From contig CAZWKL010000001.1 in the NCBI GenBank assembly GCA_964633875.1, forward strand, positions 117,530-181,529: a DNA stretch of 64,000 bases, given 5' to 3'. This DNA is from an uncultured Pseudomonadales bacterium. Lineage in GTDB: Bacteria; Patescibacteriota; Microgenomatia; UBA1400; PJMF01. Positions 38,275-47,961 of the stretch are shown one piece after another (positions within the stretch are counted from its first letter, which is position 1; each line of letters starts with the position of its first letter). Under the pieces are notes generated by a model that saw nothing but the letters and a program-made list of their open reading frames with translations, was not told the DNA's origin and ran no database searches. Position numbers and translations under genes: made by a program.

Positions 38275-38829
38275 ATGACATTCAACTTTAATGAATTTAC
38301 AGATAAGGCAGAAAAAACTCTCGTCCATGTCAGGCAGGACCTTGGCACTTTGAGAACCGGCAGAGCCACAGCCCAGTTGCTTGATCCGGTCACAGTTGAA
38401 GCCTATGGCACCAGCATGAAAATAGGTGAGGTGGCCACCGTTCAAGCTCCTGATTCAACACTGTTGGTTGTTAGTCCTTGGGATAAATCCTTGATGGAAA
38501 ACATTGAAAAAGGCATCGCCAAAGCTGGCTTGAATCTCAATCCGGTCGTCAGTGGCGATGTGATCAGGATCGCGGTACCACCGCTCACAGAGGAAAAACG
38601 CCGGGAAATGGTCAAGCTGCTGCAAAAGAAAATTGAAGCTGGCAGAGTGATGCTTAGAAACATTAGAGCCGCCACCAAGCAAGACATTGAAGATCAAAAA
38701 GGAGCAGAGGGAGTGAGTGAAGACGATATTAAGCGTGATTTGCAAGATCTTGATAAAAAGTTGCAAAATTATATAGACCAACTCGATCAGCTCGAGTCTT
38801 CCAAAGAGCAAGAACTAATGACCGTCTAG
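38275..38829 (+). CDS. frr: Ribosome recycling factor
   Basis: 184 aa. Conserved RRF sequence (LRTGRA...VVSPWDKS...LNLNP...IRIAVPPLTEE-R). Confidence 0.9.
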   Translation: MTFNFNEFTDKAEKTLVHVRQDLGTLRTGRATAQLLDPVTVEAYGTSMKIGEVATVQAPDSTLLVVSPWDKSLMENIEKGIAKAGLNLNPVVSGDVIRIAVPPLTEEKRREMVKLLQKKIEAGRVMLRNIRAATKQDIEDQKGAEGVSEDDIKRDLQDLDKKLQNYIDQLDQLESSKEQELMTV

Positions 38830-38842
38830 GAATGAAGGATTT

Positions 38843-39985
38843 ATGTTTGCCGTAATTGCATTTATTTTAATTCTATCTTTTTTAGTTTTTATCCACGAAC
38901 TGGGACATTTTCTGGCGGCCAAAAAATCAGGAGTGATTGTGGAAGAGTTTGGCATTGGTTATCCTCCCAGAGCGATTAAACTTTTCACCTGGAAAGAAAC
39001 GGTTTTTACTCTCAATTACATTCCTTTTGGTGGTTTTGTGCGCCTGGCAGGCGAGCAAGCTGAGTACGAAGAAGTACACACCAAGGCAGAAAGGGAGAAA
39101 TTCAAAAAAACTGATCAGGGCAAGTTTTACGCGGCTGCTACGCCGCAAAAGCTTTTGATTTTATTGGCCGGCGCGGCCTTTAACTTAATTTTTGGCCTTT
39201 TGGCTTTTACTTTCATTTACTCTCATTTGGGCATTCCCGAACCAATTAGTACCCCTCGCATTGGAGCGGTCATGCCTGATACGCCGGCAGCTGAAGCCGG
39301 TATGAGAGAAGGAGTGGAAATTTTACATATCAAAGCTGATGAAGTCACTCACTTAGTTAGCACCCCGGAACAAGTAGTAGATCTTGTGGCCGAAAATTCA
39401 GGCAAAACGGTCACAATTATGACTACTGGCAACTGCGAAGGATTTTCTTGTGCTGAATCTCTGGAAAGTTACGAAATTTACTTAAGGACAGAAGCGGAAA
39501 CTCCGGAAGGCCAAGGCTCCATGGGGATTATTTTCCAGCCGACAGCATTTATTGAATACCCCTGGTGGCAAATGCCTTTCAAAAGCGCCTGGTATGGTTT
39601 GCAGCAAACTGTTTTTTTGAGCGAGCAGATTTTAATCGCTCTAGGCAGTATGATGAGCGATTTGATTTTTGGCGGCGAAGTGCCCCGGGATGTGGCCGGT
39701 CCAATCGGCATTGTTCATCAAGCTTCCACTGCCGGTATCTTTGCCGACGGCTTTGTTACGATCTTGTCTTTTGCGGCCATGCTTTCGATTAATTTGGCCA
39801 TTATGAACGTTTTACCGATTCCTCCTCTTGATGGCGGCAGAGCGGTCTTTATAGTTTTTCAAAGTTTTGTCAGTGAAAAGTACGCTAAGCCACTTGAATA
39901 TTACCTCAATTATGGTGGATACTTCTTATTACTGGTTTTAATTGTATTGATCACAGCCAGAGATATCTGGAGGATTTTTGGATAA
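38843..39985 (+). CDS. rseP: RseP-like site-2 protease (M50 zinc metalloprotease with PDZ domain)
   Basis: HELGHFLAAK HExxH in TM1, a central PDZ-like region, and a C-terminal LDGG-containing TM region. Confidence 0.85.
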   Translation: MFAVIAFILILSFLVFIHELGHFLAAKKSGVIVEEFGIGYPPRAIKLFTWKETVFTLNYIPFGGFVRLAGEQAEYEEVHTKAEREKFKKTDQGKFYAAATPQKLLILLAGAAFNLIFGLLAFTFIYSHLGIPEPISTPRIGAVMPDTPAAEAGMREGVEILHIKADEVTHLVSTPEQVVDLVAENSGKTVTIMTTGNCEGFSCAESLESYEIYLRTEAETPEGQGSMGIIFQPTAFIEYPWWQMPFKSAWYGLQQTVFLSEQILIALGSMMSDLIFGGEVPRDVAGPIGIVHQASTAGIFADGFVTILSFAAMLSINLAIMNVLPIPPLDGGRAVFIVFQSFVSEKYAKPLEYYLNYGGYFLLLVLIVLITARDIWRIFG

Positions 39986-40215
39986 TGGCAAAAAAAAGAA
40001 CCAAAAAACAAAAAATTACTGCCAAACATCAAGTGCCGCTCTCCTTTGAATTGCCGACGACAGATACTCCGAGGGCAAGTCGTGAACCATCTATTGCCGA
40101 GATTGCTTCTACGGGCGAAAAGGTTTATTTAATCAAAAATGACTTGATTAAGACCTTGCTATTAACAGCATTTATGTTTATTCTGCTATTTGGCATTTAC
40201 ATATTCATACGCTAG
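39985..40215 (+). CDS. Hypothetical tail-anchored small protein
   Basis: The start ATG overlaps the rseP stop (TAATG). Basic N-terminus with a C-terminal TM helix. Confidence 0.3.
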   Translation: MAKKRTKKQKITAKHQVPLSFELPTTDTPRASREPSIAEIASTGEKVYLIKNDLIKTLLLTAFMFILLFGIYIFIR

Positions 40216-40256
40216 AATAAATTGCATTCCTACTGCAGATAATTAAAGGAGAAGTA

Positions 40257-41441
40257 ATGAATAAAAAAACCCTGCTCATTTCACTTGGAATTTATCTTCT
40301 GAGTTCAATCGCGTCTTATGCCGTTTTTTCTAACCTGGGAAGCGCTGTTCAAGTAATTGAAAATGATCCTAGTCTCTTAGATCAAGATACTCAACTAGGA
40401 GCTCTTTTGAACATCGACCCCAATGAGCCCAGAGATCAAACTTGTCCGCTTAATGGAACTTTGTACACTCAAACTGAGCGCAATGCTTGGGAAAAACGCC
40501 GCCCATTGGCGGTAATGATTGAAAATTCTCCTGATGCCAGACCTCAGTCTGGTTTGTCGAGAGCAGATGTGGTTTTTGAAGCCATCGCGGAAGGCGGCGT
40601 TACTCGCTTTATGGCCATGTATTATTGTGCCGCTCAGCGTTACGACACCACCATTGCGCCGGTTCGCTCGGCCAGAACTTACTTTGTTGATTGGGCATCA
40701 GGATTTAACCTGCCCATGTACGTGCATGTTGGTGGAGCCAACACTCCTGGACCAACCAACGCCTTGGGTCAAATTAATGATTACGGCTGGGCGTTGCAAA
40801 ATGACATCAATCAGTTTTCTGTTGGTTATCCCACTTTCATTAGAAACGCTGCGCGCTTGGGAAGACAAGTAGCCACCGAGCACACCATGGAAACTACGTC
40901 AGAAAAGCTCTGGGCGGTGGCAGCAGACAGAGGTTGGACCAATATGACTCCAGCCAGGACAGTGGCTGGCAGAGCTGCAGCCGCGACCGATTGGGCAGAT
41001 GGTTTCACACCTTGGCAATATCAAGATTCCGTCCCCGCTTCCGGCAGTGTGAGAACAATTGCTCATGATTTTTGGTCCGGTTACAATCAGTACTCAATTA
41101 GATGGGAATACAATCCGGAAAACAACACCTACGCCAGATTTATGGGTGGCGAAGCTCACCTGGATCTCAACAATGATAGCCAGATTGAGGCAGCTAACGT
41201 CATTGTGCTGTTAGCCACTGAGAGAGGTCCGCTCAATGAACTCAAGCACATGCTTTACCAAACCACCGGTACTGGCAGGGCTTTGATTTTCAAAAACGGC
41301 GATGTCGTAGAAGCCAGATGGTCCAAGCAGACCCGAACCGATGAACTCAAGTTTACCGATGCTCGAGGCACACCCGTTCCTCTTGCTCGCGGCATGGTGT
41401 GGATTTCTGTTGTCAGTGATGCCACCAAGGTAAATTACTAA
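40257..41441 (+). CDS. DUF3048-domain secreted/lipo-protein (YerB-like)
   Basis: Signal anchor. The SRADVVFEAIAEGGVTRFMAMY block matches the conserved DUF3048 core. Confidence 0.65.
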   Translation: MNKKTLLISLGIYLLSSIASYAVFSNLGSAVQVIENDPSLLDQDTQLGALLNIDPNEPRDQTCPLNGTLYTQTERNAWEKRRPLAVMIENSPDARPQSGLSRADVVFEAIAEGGVTRFMAMYYCAAQRYDTTIAPVRSARTYFVDWASGFNLPMYVHVGGANTPGPTNALGQINDYGWALQNDINQFSVGYPTFIRNAARLGRQVATEHTMETTSEKLWAVAADRGWTNMTPARTVAGRAAAATDWADGFTPWQYQDSVPASGSVRTIAHDFWSGYNQYSIRWEYNPENNTYARFMGGEAHLDLNNDSQIEAANVIVLLATERGPLNELKHMLYQTTGTGRALIFKNGDVVEARWSKQTRTDELKFTDARGTPVPLARGMVWISVVSDATKVNY

Positions 41442-41478
41442 TTGAGTACAAAAATTACTTGGTTTACAATAGGGTCAT

Positions 41479-42081
41479 ATGGCAGAACTCCAAGATTTCA
41501 TGATTTCTCGTGTCAGAGTGAAAATGATCGAGCTTTTTTATTCGAACACGGAAGGAATGTTCTATGTCAGAGAAATTACCAGGCAAATCAAAGAAGAAAT
41601 CAACGCGGTTAGACGTGAGCTGGATCGGATGATTAGCAACGGGATTCTCAAGAGTGAACAACGCGGCAACAGACTTTACTATTATCTCAACAAGCGTTAC
41701 CCCTACTACAACGAAATCTTGCAGATGGTAGCTAAAAGCACCGGTTTGGGGCAAAAAATTCGTAAAATGCGCCGCAAATTGGGCAGAGTTTCTTTTGTGA
41801 TGTTTTCTCTGAAATTTCTTAAACACATCCCACCTAAGCAAGGTGAAGTAGATTTGTTGGTGGTTGGTGATGTGGTGCTACCGGAATTAGACTCGTTGAT
41901 CAAAAAAGAAGAGAAAAGTTTTGGCAGAGAGATCAATTACGCTGTTTTTGACGAGGAAGAGTTTGAGTTCCGTAAGACCCGCCGTGACCCGTTCATTATG
42001 GAAGTGCTGTATGGCAGCCGAGTAATGGTGATCGGCAGCGAAGAAGAGTTTGTGGAGCGCAAGATTCCTGGTATTGCTTAA
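41479..42081 (+). CDS. Winged-helix DNA-binding protein with C-terminal nucleotidyltransferase-like region
   Basis: N-terminal ArsR/MarR-like wHTH (ISRVRVKMIELF...YVREI). The C-terminal GEVDLLVVGD...YAVFDEEEF is reminiscent of minimal NTase folds. Weak. Confidence 0.4.
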   Translation: MAELQDFMISRVRVKMIELFYSNTEGMFYVREITRQIKEEINAVRRELDRMISNGILKSEQRGNRLYYYLNKRYPYYNEILQMVAKSTGLGQKIRKMRRKLGRVSFVMFSLKFLKHIPPKQGEVDLLVVGDVVLPELDSLIKKEEKSFGREINYAVFDEEEFEFRKTRRDPFIMEVLYGSRVMVIGSEEEFVERKIPGIA

Positions 42082-42086
42082 ATAAT

Positions 42087-43505
42087 ATGACCAGTACGCA
42101 AAAAACTTTGGTATTGATTTATATTCTCACTTTACTTGGTGCCTTGATTGCTCTGCCGCGCCAACTCAATATTGGTTTGCCTTTTTCAATTCCTAGAGTT
42201 CCACGCGAGTTTACTATTGGCTCGCCAGTGATTGATTTTACCCTAGGCGGGAAGCGCTATTACAAAACTTTTGAGTTTAGGCAGGGCCTTGATATTCAGG
42301 GCGGTATGCAAGTAGTCTTGAAGGCGGACATGTCTGGTTTGGCTGAACAAGATCGCTTAACTGCGTTGCAGTCAGCCCGCGAAGTGATTTTAAGAAGAGT
42401 GGATTTGTACGGTATTACCGAGCCAACCGTGCAAACTGCCATTTCCGGAGATGAGTACCGGCTGTTGGTGTCACTGCCCGGCGTGGATGACCCGCAGGAA
42501 GCATTGCGGTTGGTCGGCCAGACTGCTCAGTTGGATTTTAGATTGCTGAAGGAAGCTCCTCCTGAAGAACTGCCTCAAGTCGAAGAAGGCAGTGAAGAAG
42601 CTGAAATTATTACTCAACCATCGGTGGAGTTAGTGCCAACTGGCTTAACCGGACAGCAGCTCAACCGTTCCAGCGTTCAGTTTGACCCCACCACGGGCGA
42701 GCCGGTGGTGATGCTTGATTTCAATGATGAAGGCAGGGAGCTTTTTGCTGATATTACCACCCAAAACACCGGCGAGTTACTGGGGATTTTTATTGATAAC
42801 GGTTTGCTGATGGCGCCGGTGATCAACCAGCCGATTATCAATGGTCAAGCCACCATCACCGGCGCCTTTACTCTCGACGAAGCCAAGCAACTCAACATTC
42901 AGCTCAACGCCGGCGCCTTGCCGATCCCGATTGAAGTGCTGGAGCAGAGAACGGTGGGCGCGAGTTTGGGGCAAGAGTACGTGGCGCAAAGTGTTGAGGC
43001 CGGGTTGATTGGTCTGGGGCTAGTGATGCTTTTTATGATCTTTTATTATGGCATTAAGGGTGTGATCGCCAGCATGGCTTTGGTAGTTTATGCGATTTTG
43101 ACTGCCGCTACTTACAAAATCTTTGGCGTAGTTTTGACTTTGCCGGGCATTGCTGGTTTGTTGCTTTCTATTGGTATGGCGGTGGATGCCAACATTCTCA
43201 TTTTTGAGCGCATGAAAGAAGAGCAGCGGGTGGGTAAGCCGTTTGCTCGGGCGATGGAGCTGGGTTTTGGCAGAGCTTGGGATAGCATCAAAGATGCTAA
43301 TCTAGCGACGATTATTACCTCGCTGATTCTGATCAATCCTCTCAATTTCAACTTTTTGAATACCAGCGGCTTGGTGCGCGGTTTTGGTATTACCCTTTTT
43401 GTGGGGGTGCTGTTATCGCTTTTTACAGGCGTGGTAGTGACCAGAACTTTTATGCGAACTTTTCTCAAAGAAACTAAGTTGTCTACCAAGGAGGCGACAG
43501 CATGA
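42087..43505 (+). CDS. secD: Protein translocase subunit SecD
   Basis: N-terminal TM, LDIQGGMQV motif, periplasmic domain, and a C-terminal 5-TM bundle (GFGITLFVG). Confidence 0.85.
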   Translation: MTSTQKTLVLIYILTLLGALIALPRQLNIGLPFSIPRVPREFTIGSPVIDFTLGGKRYYKTFEFRQGLDIQGGMQVVLKADMSGLAEQDRLTALQSAREVILRRVDLYGITEPTVQTAISGDEYRLLVSLPGVDDPQEALRLVGQTAQLDFRLLKEAPPEELPQVEEGSEEAEIITQPSVELVPTGLTGQQLNRSSVQFDPTTGEPVVMLDFNDEGRELFADITTQNTGELLGIFIDNGLLMAPVINQPIINGQATITGAFTLDEAKQLNIQLNAGALPIPIEVLEQRTVGASLGQEYVAQSVEAGLIGLGLVMLFMIFYYGIKGVIASMALVVYAILTAATYKIFGVVLTLPGIAGLLLSIGMAVDANILIFERMKEEQRVGKPFARAMELGFGRAWDSIKDANLATIITSLILINPLNFNFLNTSGLVRGFGITLFVGVLLSLFTGVVVTRTFMRTFLKETKLSTKEATA

Positions 43506-44386
43506 AAATCATGAAGTACCGGCCGGTCTTTTTCGCGATTTCGCTACTGGTTTTAATTCCCAGCCTTTATTTTTTAATCAGACATGGCTTACAACCAGCC
43601 ATTGATTTTGCCGGTGGCTCTTTGCTTGAGGTGAGAGTGGTTGAAGAAATTGAGTTTTCTCACGCCGAAGTGGAAGCAGTAGTTTCGGCTGTTTACGATG
43701 TTGATATGGTCCAGCCTATCAGCCATGACCAGTACTCGATTCAGGGCGATATTATTTCTAATGATCAAAAAGAGCAAGTTTTGGCTTTGCTGGCTGAGCG
43801 GTTTGGTGAAGTTGAGGAGCTGCGCTTTGAGTCGGTGGGAGCCACTGTCAGCCGGGAATTGTTAACTAAAACCATTACAGCGGTGATTTTAGTGGCCGGT
43901 ATCATTACTCTTTATGTTTGGCGGCAGTTTCATGAACTGAAATTTGGTATTTGTGCAATTTTGGCCATGTTCCATGATTCGTTGGTGTTGCTGGGCGCTT
44001 TTAGCATTTTGGGTTACTTTTATGGAGTTCAGGTTGATATTTTGTTTGTCACTGCCCTGCTAACCACGCTTTCTTTTTCCATTCATGACACTATTGTGGT
44101 TTATGACCGTATTCGTGAGTTGCTGGCGAAAAATAAGAACGTGCGCTTTGAGACTATCGTGAATACAGCCGTCATTGAAACTCTCGGTCGCTCAATTAAC
44201 AACTCGGTGACCATTATTGTTATGCTGGCGGCGCTGTTCATGCTGGGTGGCGAAACCATTCGCTGGTTCTCGCTGGCTCTCTTGATTGGAGCGGTGACTG
44301 GCACCTACTCTTCTACTTTTATTGCTGCTCCGCTTTTGCTTTTGTGGGATGATGTTCGTAGTAAGATAAGAAAGAGGAGGAGATAA
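43502..44386 (+). CDS. secF: Protein translocase subunit SecF
   Basis: 4-nt overlap with secD. SecF pattern including DFAGGSLLEV and a C-terminal TM bundle. Confidence 0.85.
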   Translation: MKIMKYRPVFFAISLLVLIPSLYFLIRHGLQPAIDFAGGSLLEVRVVEEIEFSHAEVEAVVSAVYDVDMVQPISHDQYSIQGDIISNDQKEQVLALLAERFGEVEELRFESVGATVSRELLTKTITAVILVAGIITLYVWRQFHELKFGICAILAMFHDSLVLLGAFSILGYFYGVQVDILFVTALLTTLSFSIHDTIVVYDRIRELLAKNKNVRFETIVNTAVIETLGRSINNSVTIIVMLAALFMLGGETIRWFSLALLIGAVTGTYSSTFIAAPLLLLWDDVRSKIRKRRR

Positions 44387-44387
44387 A

Positions 44388-44585
44388 ATGACGGAAAAGA
44401 GATTTCCAGCATCAGAAATTGAAGGTGCGGAACAAGCGCAGAATAAAGATAAAAAAGGTTTAGCGGATAGACATGCAGCCAGAGTCGAGGCTGCTGAGGC
44501 AAGTGTTGAGGAATGGAGAAATCGGGACAAAGCTGCTTTTAAAGCGTCTGTAACTCCGCCTCCGCTTAGGCGTCAAAATCGCTAA
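44388..44585 (+). CDS. Small hypothetical charged protein
   Basis: 65-aa ORF directly after secF. Its 3' end overlaps the convergent cca stop. Confidence 0.3.
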   Translation: MTEKRFPASEIEGAEQAQNKDKKGLADRHAARVEAAEASVEEWRNRDKAAFKASVTPPPLRRQNR

Positions 44586-46200
44586 TTATTTTTTTCGCCT
44601 CTTTCATCAGAGTTTCTTTCTGATTAAGTTGAGGATTTTCCAGAACCAGCTCAAAAAGTTGGTTTAAAACTTTGCCTACCTGCGGACCAGGCTGAAGATC
44701 AAAATTATCCATTAGATCATGGCCATCGATAGCCAAATCTCTGACCTCTAGCGGCTGGTTGAGTTGTTCGAGCATGCGCTGTTTCATTTCCTCAAGACGC
44801 CAGCTGGTTTTGCGTGCGCCGCTACCCAAGCGGTCTCCTTCACGCAGTTGCAAAATGTCATCAATATTTTCCAGGCCCACCTTGCGCATAAAACGCCGGA
44901 TTGAAGCATCGCTATTTTTCGGTTGATAGTAAAACATGTGATAGCGAACCAGAGTAAAAATCCGGTTTTGGTCCTTTTTGGAAAGCCTGAGGCGGGCGGC
45001 AATTTTTTTAGCTATTCTGGCACCCACCACTTCGTGGTTGTAAAAAGTAATGCTGCCGTCCGTTTCGTTGTAGGTCTGAGGTTTAGCGATATCGTGGAGT
45101 AAAGTGGCCAGTTTGACCACTGGATCGCTGGATGGGCACTCAGCCAAAGCGTCCAGACTGTGAGTCCAAACATCGGTAGTGTGGTGGCCGCCTTGTTCAA
45201 CACCTTTAGCCGCCAACAGCTCCGGCAAAATAATTTTCAGCAAGCCCGTGTCATCAAGCAGCTCAATGGCTGCTTTGGGATGATCACTGGCAATCATTTT
45301 CAAAAATTCCGCGCCAATTCGCTCCCAACTGATGTGCTCCAATAATTCCTGCTGCTTGATAATGGCTTCATAAGTTGAGTTGCCAATTTGCAGATTCAGT
45401 TGTACCGCCAGGCGCAAGGCCCGCAGGATGCGCAGAGCGTCTTCAGTAAATCTTTGTTCAGGATCGCCAACGGTGTTGATCATTCCGGCTGCCAGGTCGC
45501 GAAGACCATGGTGTGGGTCGATAATTTGGTATTGTTCCGGATTGAGGTTGATAAATTCTGAGTTTTCAGCTTCGTTTTCAGCTTCCGAAATTAATTGATC
45601 CAAGGACTCTGGTTTGATTTGCAGCGCCATGGCATTGATGGTGAAGTCGCGTCTCTCCAAATCTTCTTCTAGCGTTTGCCCCCAACTCACTGCTTCTGGG
45701 TGGCGGTGGTCGGCGTAAGCGCCGTCGGAGCGGTAGGTGGTAATTTCAAAATTTCTTTCTTGAGCGTTGATGGGCAGTTTGAAGTCATCGGGTTTTGGTA
45801 CGACTAAAGAATCATGGATTTTTGAGGCTGCTTCCAGGTTGATTAACTTTTGCTTGGCAGTAGCGCTGAGAATGTCTTCAACCGCTGGCTCAGGCAAGTT
45901 GAACTGGGCTCTCAAATCTTGCGGGGTGATCATAACTGTGCCGAACTGATTTTCGTAAAAAGCTTCAGGAAAAAGTTTGAGGATTTCTTCCGGCCTGGCG
46001 TTGGTGGTGAAGTCGTAGTCGTAGGGCGGCGCGGCCTCAATTTCGCCCGCGGTGGCTTGACCGGCGCTGTGTGTTTTCATCATGTTCACCAAAATATCCC
46101 GCACCGCGCCGCCAACAATATAAGCAGCAAAACCAGCATCCCGCAAAGCCCGCAAAATATAAAGCGGCTCCCGACTTAAAGTAATAGTATGCAATTCCAT
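44566..46200 (-). CDS. cca: CCA tRNA nucleotidyltransferase with C-terminal HD domain
   Basis: Head-domain GGAVRDIL motif, an insertion, and an HD motif (LLHDIAKP). 544 aa. Confidence 0.8.
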   Translation of the reverse strand: MELHTITLSREPLYILRALRDAGFAAYIVGGAVRDILVNMMKTHSAGQATAGEIEAAPPYDYDFTTNARPEEILKLFPEAFYENQFGTVMITPQDLRAQFNLPEPAVEDILSATAKQKLINLEAASKIHDSLVVPKPDDFKLPINAQERNFEITTYRSDGAYADHRHPEAVSWGQTLEEDLERRDFTINAMALQIKPESLDQLISEAENEAENSEFINLNPEQYQIIDPHHGLRDLAAGMINTVGDPEQRFTEDALRILRALRLAVQLNLQIGNSTYEAIIKQQELLEHISWERIGAEFLKMIASDHPKAAIELLDDTGLLKIILPELLAAKGVEQGGHHTTDVWTHSLDALAECPSSDPVVKLATLLHDIAKPQTYNETDGSITFYNHEVVGARIAKKIAARLRLSKKDQNRIFTLVRYHMFYYQPKNSDASIRRFMRKVGLENIDDILQLREGDRLGSGARKTSWRLEEMKQRMLEQLNQPLEVRDLAIDGHDLMDNFDLQPGPQVGKVLNQLFELVLENPQLNQKETLMKEAKKIISDFDA

Positions 46201-46263
46201 AGTCCGATTATAACTAAAGTTCTCCTATTGAGCGACCTGGGTTTTCCCAGTACTATAAGCTGC

Positions 46264-47961
46264 ATGAAGACTTGGAACTTACTCCACCAAGACACTCCCC
46301 AAACCATTGATGAAGTGATTAAAATTTTGCTCAAGAACCGGGGTATTGAAAATATTGATTCGTTTTTGAACGTCAAACACCCCGCGGATTTAACTTTGGC
46401 AGAAGTGGGCATCAACCAGCAGCAGATGAAAAAGGCTGTTAAAAGAATTATCAAAGCCCAAAAAACCGGCGAAAAAGTGCTGATTTTTGGCGATTATGAC
46501 GCTGATGGCATTTGTGCCACTGCTATTCTTTGGCTGACTCTTCACCACCTAAAAATCAATGCTTGGCCCTTTATTCCTCACCGTGGCAAGCATGGCTACG
46601 GTGTTTCTGATGCAGCCCTGGATGGAATTTTAAGCGAAAAAGAAAAACCGGCATTGATTATTACCGTAGACAATGGCATTGTTGCCCACAAATCTCTGGC
46701 CAGGTTGTTGGAGCAAGAAAAAATTGATGTCATTGTCACCGACCACCATCAACCGGAAACTGATAATGACAAGCCCGTATTTCCGCCCGCCACGGCCGTA
46801 GTCCATACTACTCAACTTTGCGGCGCAACGGTATCATGGCTGCTCTCAAGAGAACTTGATAAAGACTTGGCTATGGAACAGTTGGATTTGGCTGGTATTG
46901 CCACTATTGCCGACCAGGTTTCGCTAATTGGCGCTAACAGAAGTTTTGCCAAATTTGGTTTGGAGGCTTTAGCCAAGACAGAGAAAATAGGCTTGAATCA
47001 ACTCTTCCAGGCGGCGACAATCGAGAAAAAAAATATTTCCAGCGGCACGGTTGGTTTTAGTCTGGTGCCCAGAATTAATGCCATGGGTAGGCTTAAACAT
47101 GGTCTGGATGCTCTCAGACTTTTGTGTACCAACAGTCACAGTCAAGCCACCAACTTAGTCAAAATTTTAATGGAGACCAACATTGAGCGCCAAGACCTCA
47201 CCAACGAGCTGCTGGCAGACGCGATTTTGCAGGCAGAAAAACAAGCCAAGGAGCACCTCATTATTGTTTCTTCCCCCAACTATCATGAAGGAGTGATCGG
47301 CTTGATTGCCGGCCGGCTAATGGAAAAATATCACAAACCCGCCATCGCTTTGAGCCTTGATCACAACACCGCCAAAGCTTCCGCCAGAAGCGTTCCGGGC
47401 GTCAATATCACTGAACTGCTCCGGCAAGTTCAAGCCGATTTAATTGATGTCGGTGGCCATCCTTTAGCCGCTGGCTTTAGTGTAGAAGTAAAAAAACTGC
47501 CTCAGGTTAAGCAAAAACTAGCAGAAATTGCTTTGGTGGAAATTCCCGCTGAACTACTCCAACCAACCCTTGACATCGAACTGGAATTACCCTGGGAGTT
47601 GGTGGGCGAGGAACTAGTTGCCGCCACCGAAAAACTGGCTCCTTTTGGTCAAGACAACCCCAGACCATTTTTTTTGCTCAGCCACCTCAAGATTCTCAAT
47701 GTCATGAGTATGGGTAAGGAAAATAATCATTTGAAAATGGTGGTGGGCCAGCCGGAGGCTGCCAATCCAGCTACCAGCACTAAAACCCTCAATATTTTAG
47801 CCTGGCGCAGGGGACATTTGGCAAAAGATCTTCAGGAAGGCCAAATAGTATCGTTGGTGGGATCGTTGGAACTCAATCACTGGAACGGCAAAACTAGCGT
47901 ACAGATGGTGTTGAAAGAGTTAGCGGTTAATCAACCTTTTCCACCAATTGACGGGAATTAA
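46264..47961 (+). CDS. recJ: Single-stranded-DNA-specific exonuclease RecJ
   Basis: DHH motifs (IFGDYDADGIC, VTDHHQP), DHHA1 region (GGHPLAAG) and a C-terminal OB region. The start was set at the internal ATG 46264 to avoid overlap with the divergent cca start. Confidence 0.85.
   Translation: MKTWNLLHQDTPQTIDEVIKILLKNRGIENIDSFLNVKHPADLTLAEVGINQQQMKKAVKRIIKAQKTGEKVLIFGDYDADGICATAILWLTLHHLKINAWPFIPHRGKHGYGVSDAALDGILSEKEKPALIITVDNGIVAHKSLARLLEQEKIDVIVTDHHQPETDNDKPVFPPATAVVHTTQLCGATVSWLLSRELDKDLAMEQLDLAGIATIADQVSLIGANRSFAKFGLEALAKTEKIGLNQLFQAATIEKKNISSGTVGFSLVPRINAMGRLKHGLDALRLLCTNSHSQATNLVKILMETNIERQDLTNELLADAILQAEKQAKEHLIIVSSPNYHEGVIGLIAGRLMEKYHKPAIALSLDHNTAKASARSVPGVNITELLRQVQADLIDVGGHPLAAGFSVEVKKLPQVKQKLAEIALVEIPAELLQPTLDIELELPWELVGEELVAATEKLAPFGQDNPRPFFLLSHLKILNVMSMGKENNHLKMVVGQPEAANPATSTKTLNILAWRRGHLAKDLQEGQIVSLVGSLELNHWNGKTSVQMVLKELAVNQPFPPIDGN

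Noticed and set aside
46189-46263. Upstream extension of recJ to the ATG at 46189
   Set aside because: It would overlap the divergent cca start codon region (46198-46200) and encodes a hydrophobic peptide unrelated to RecJ. The ATG at 46264 was chosen.
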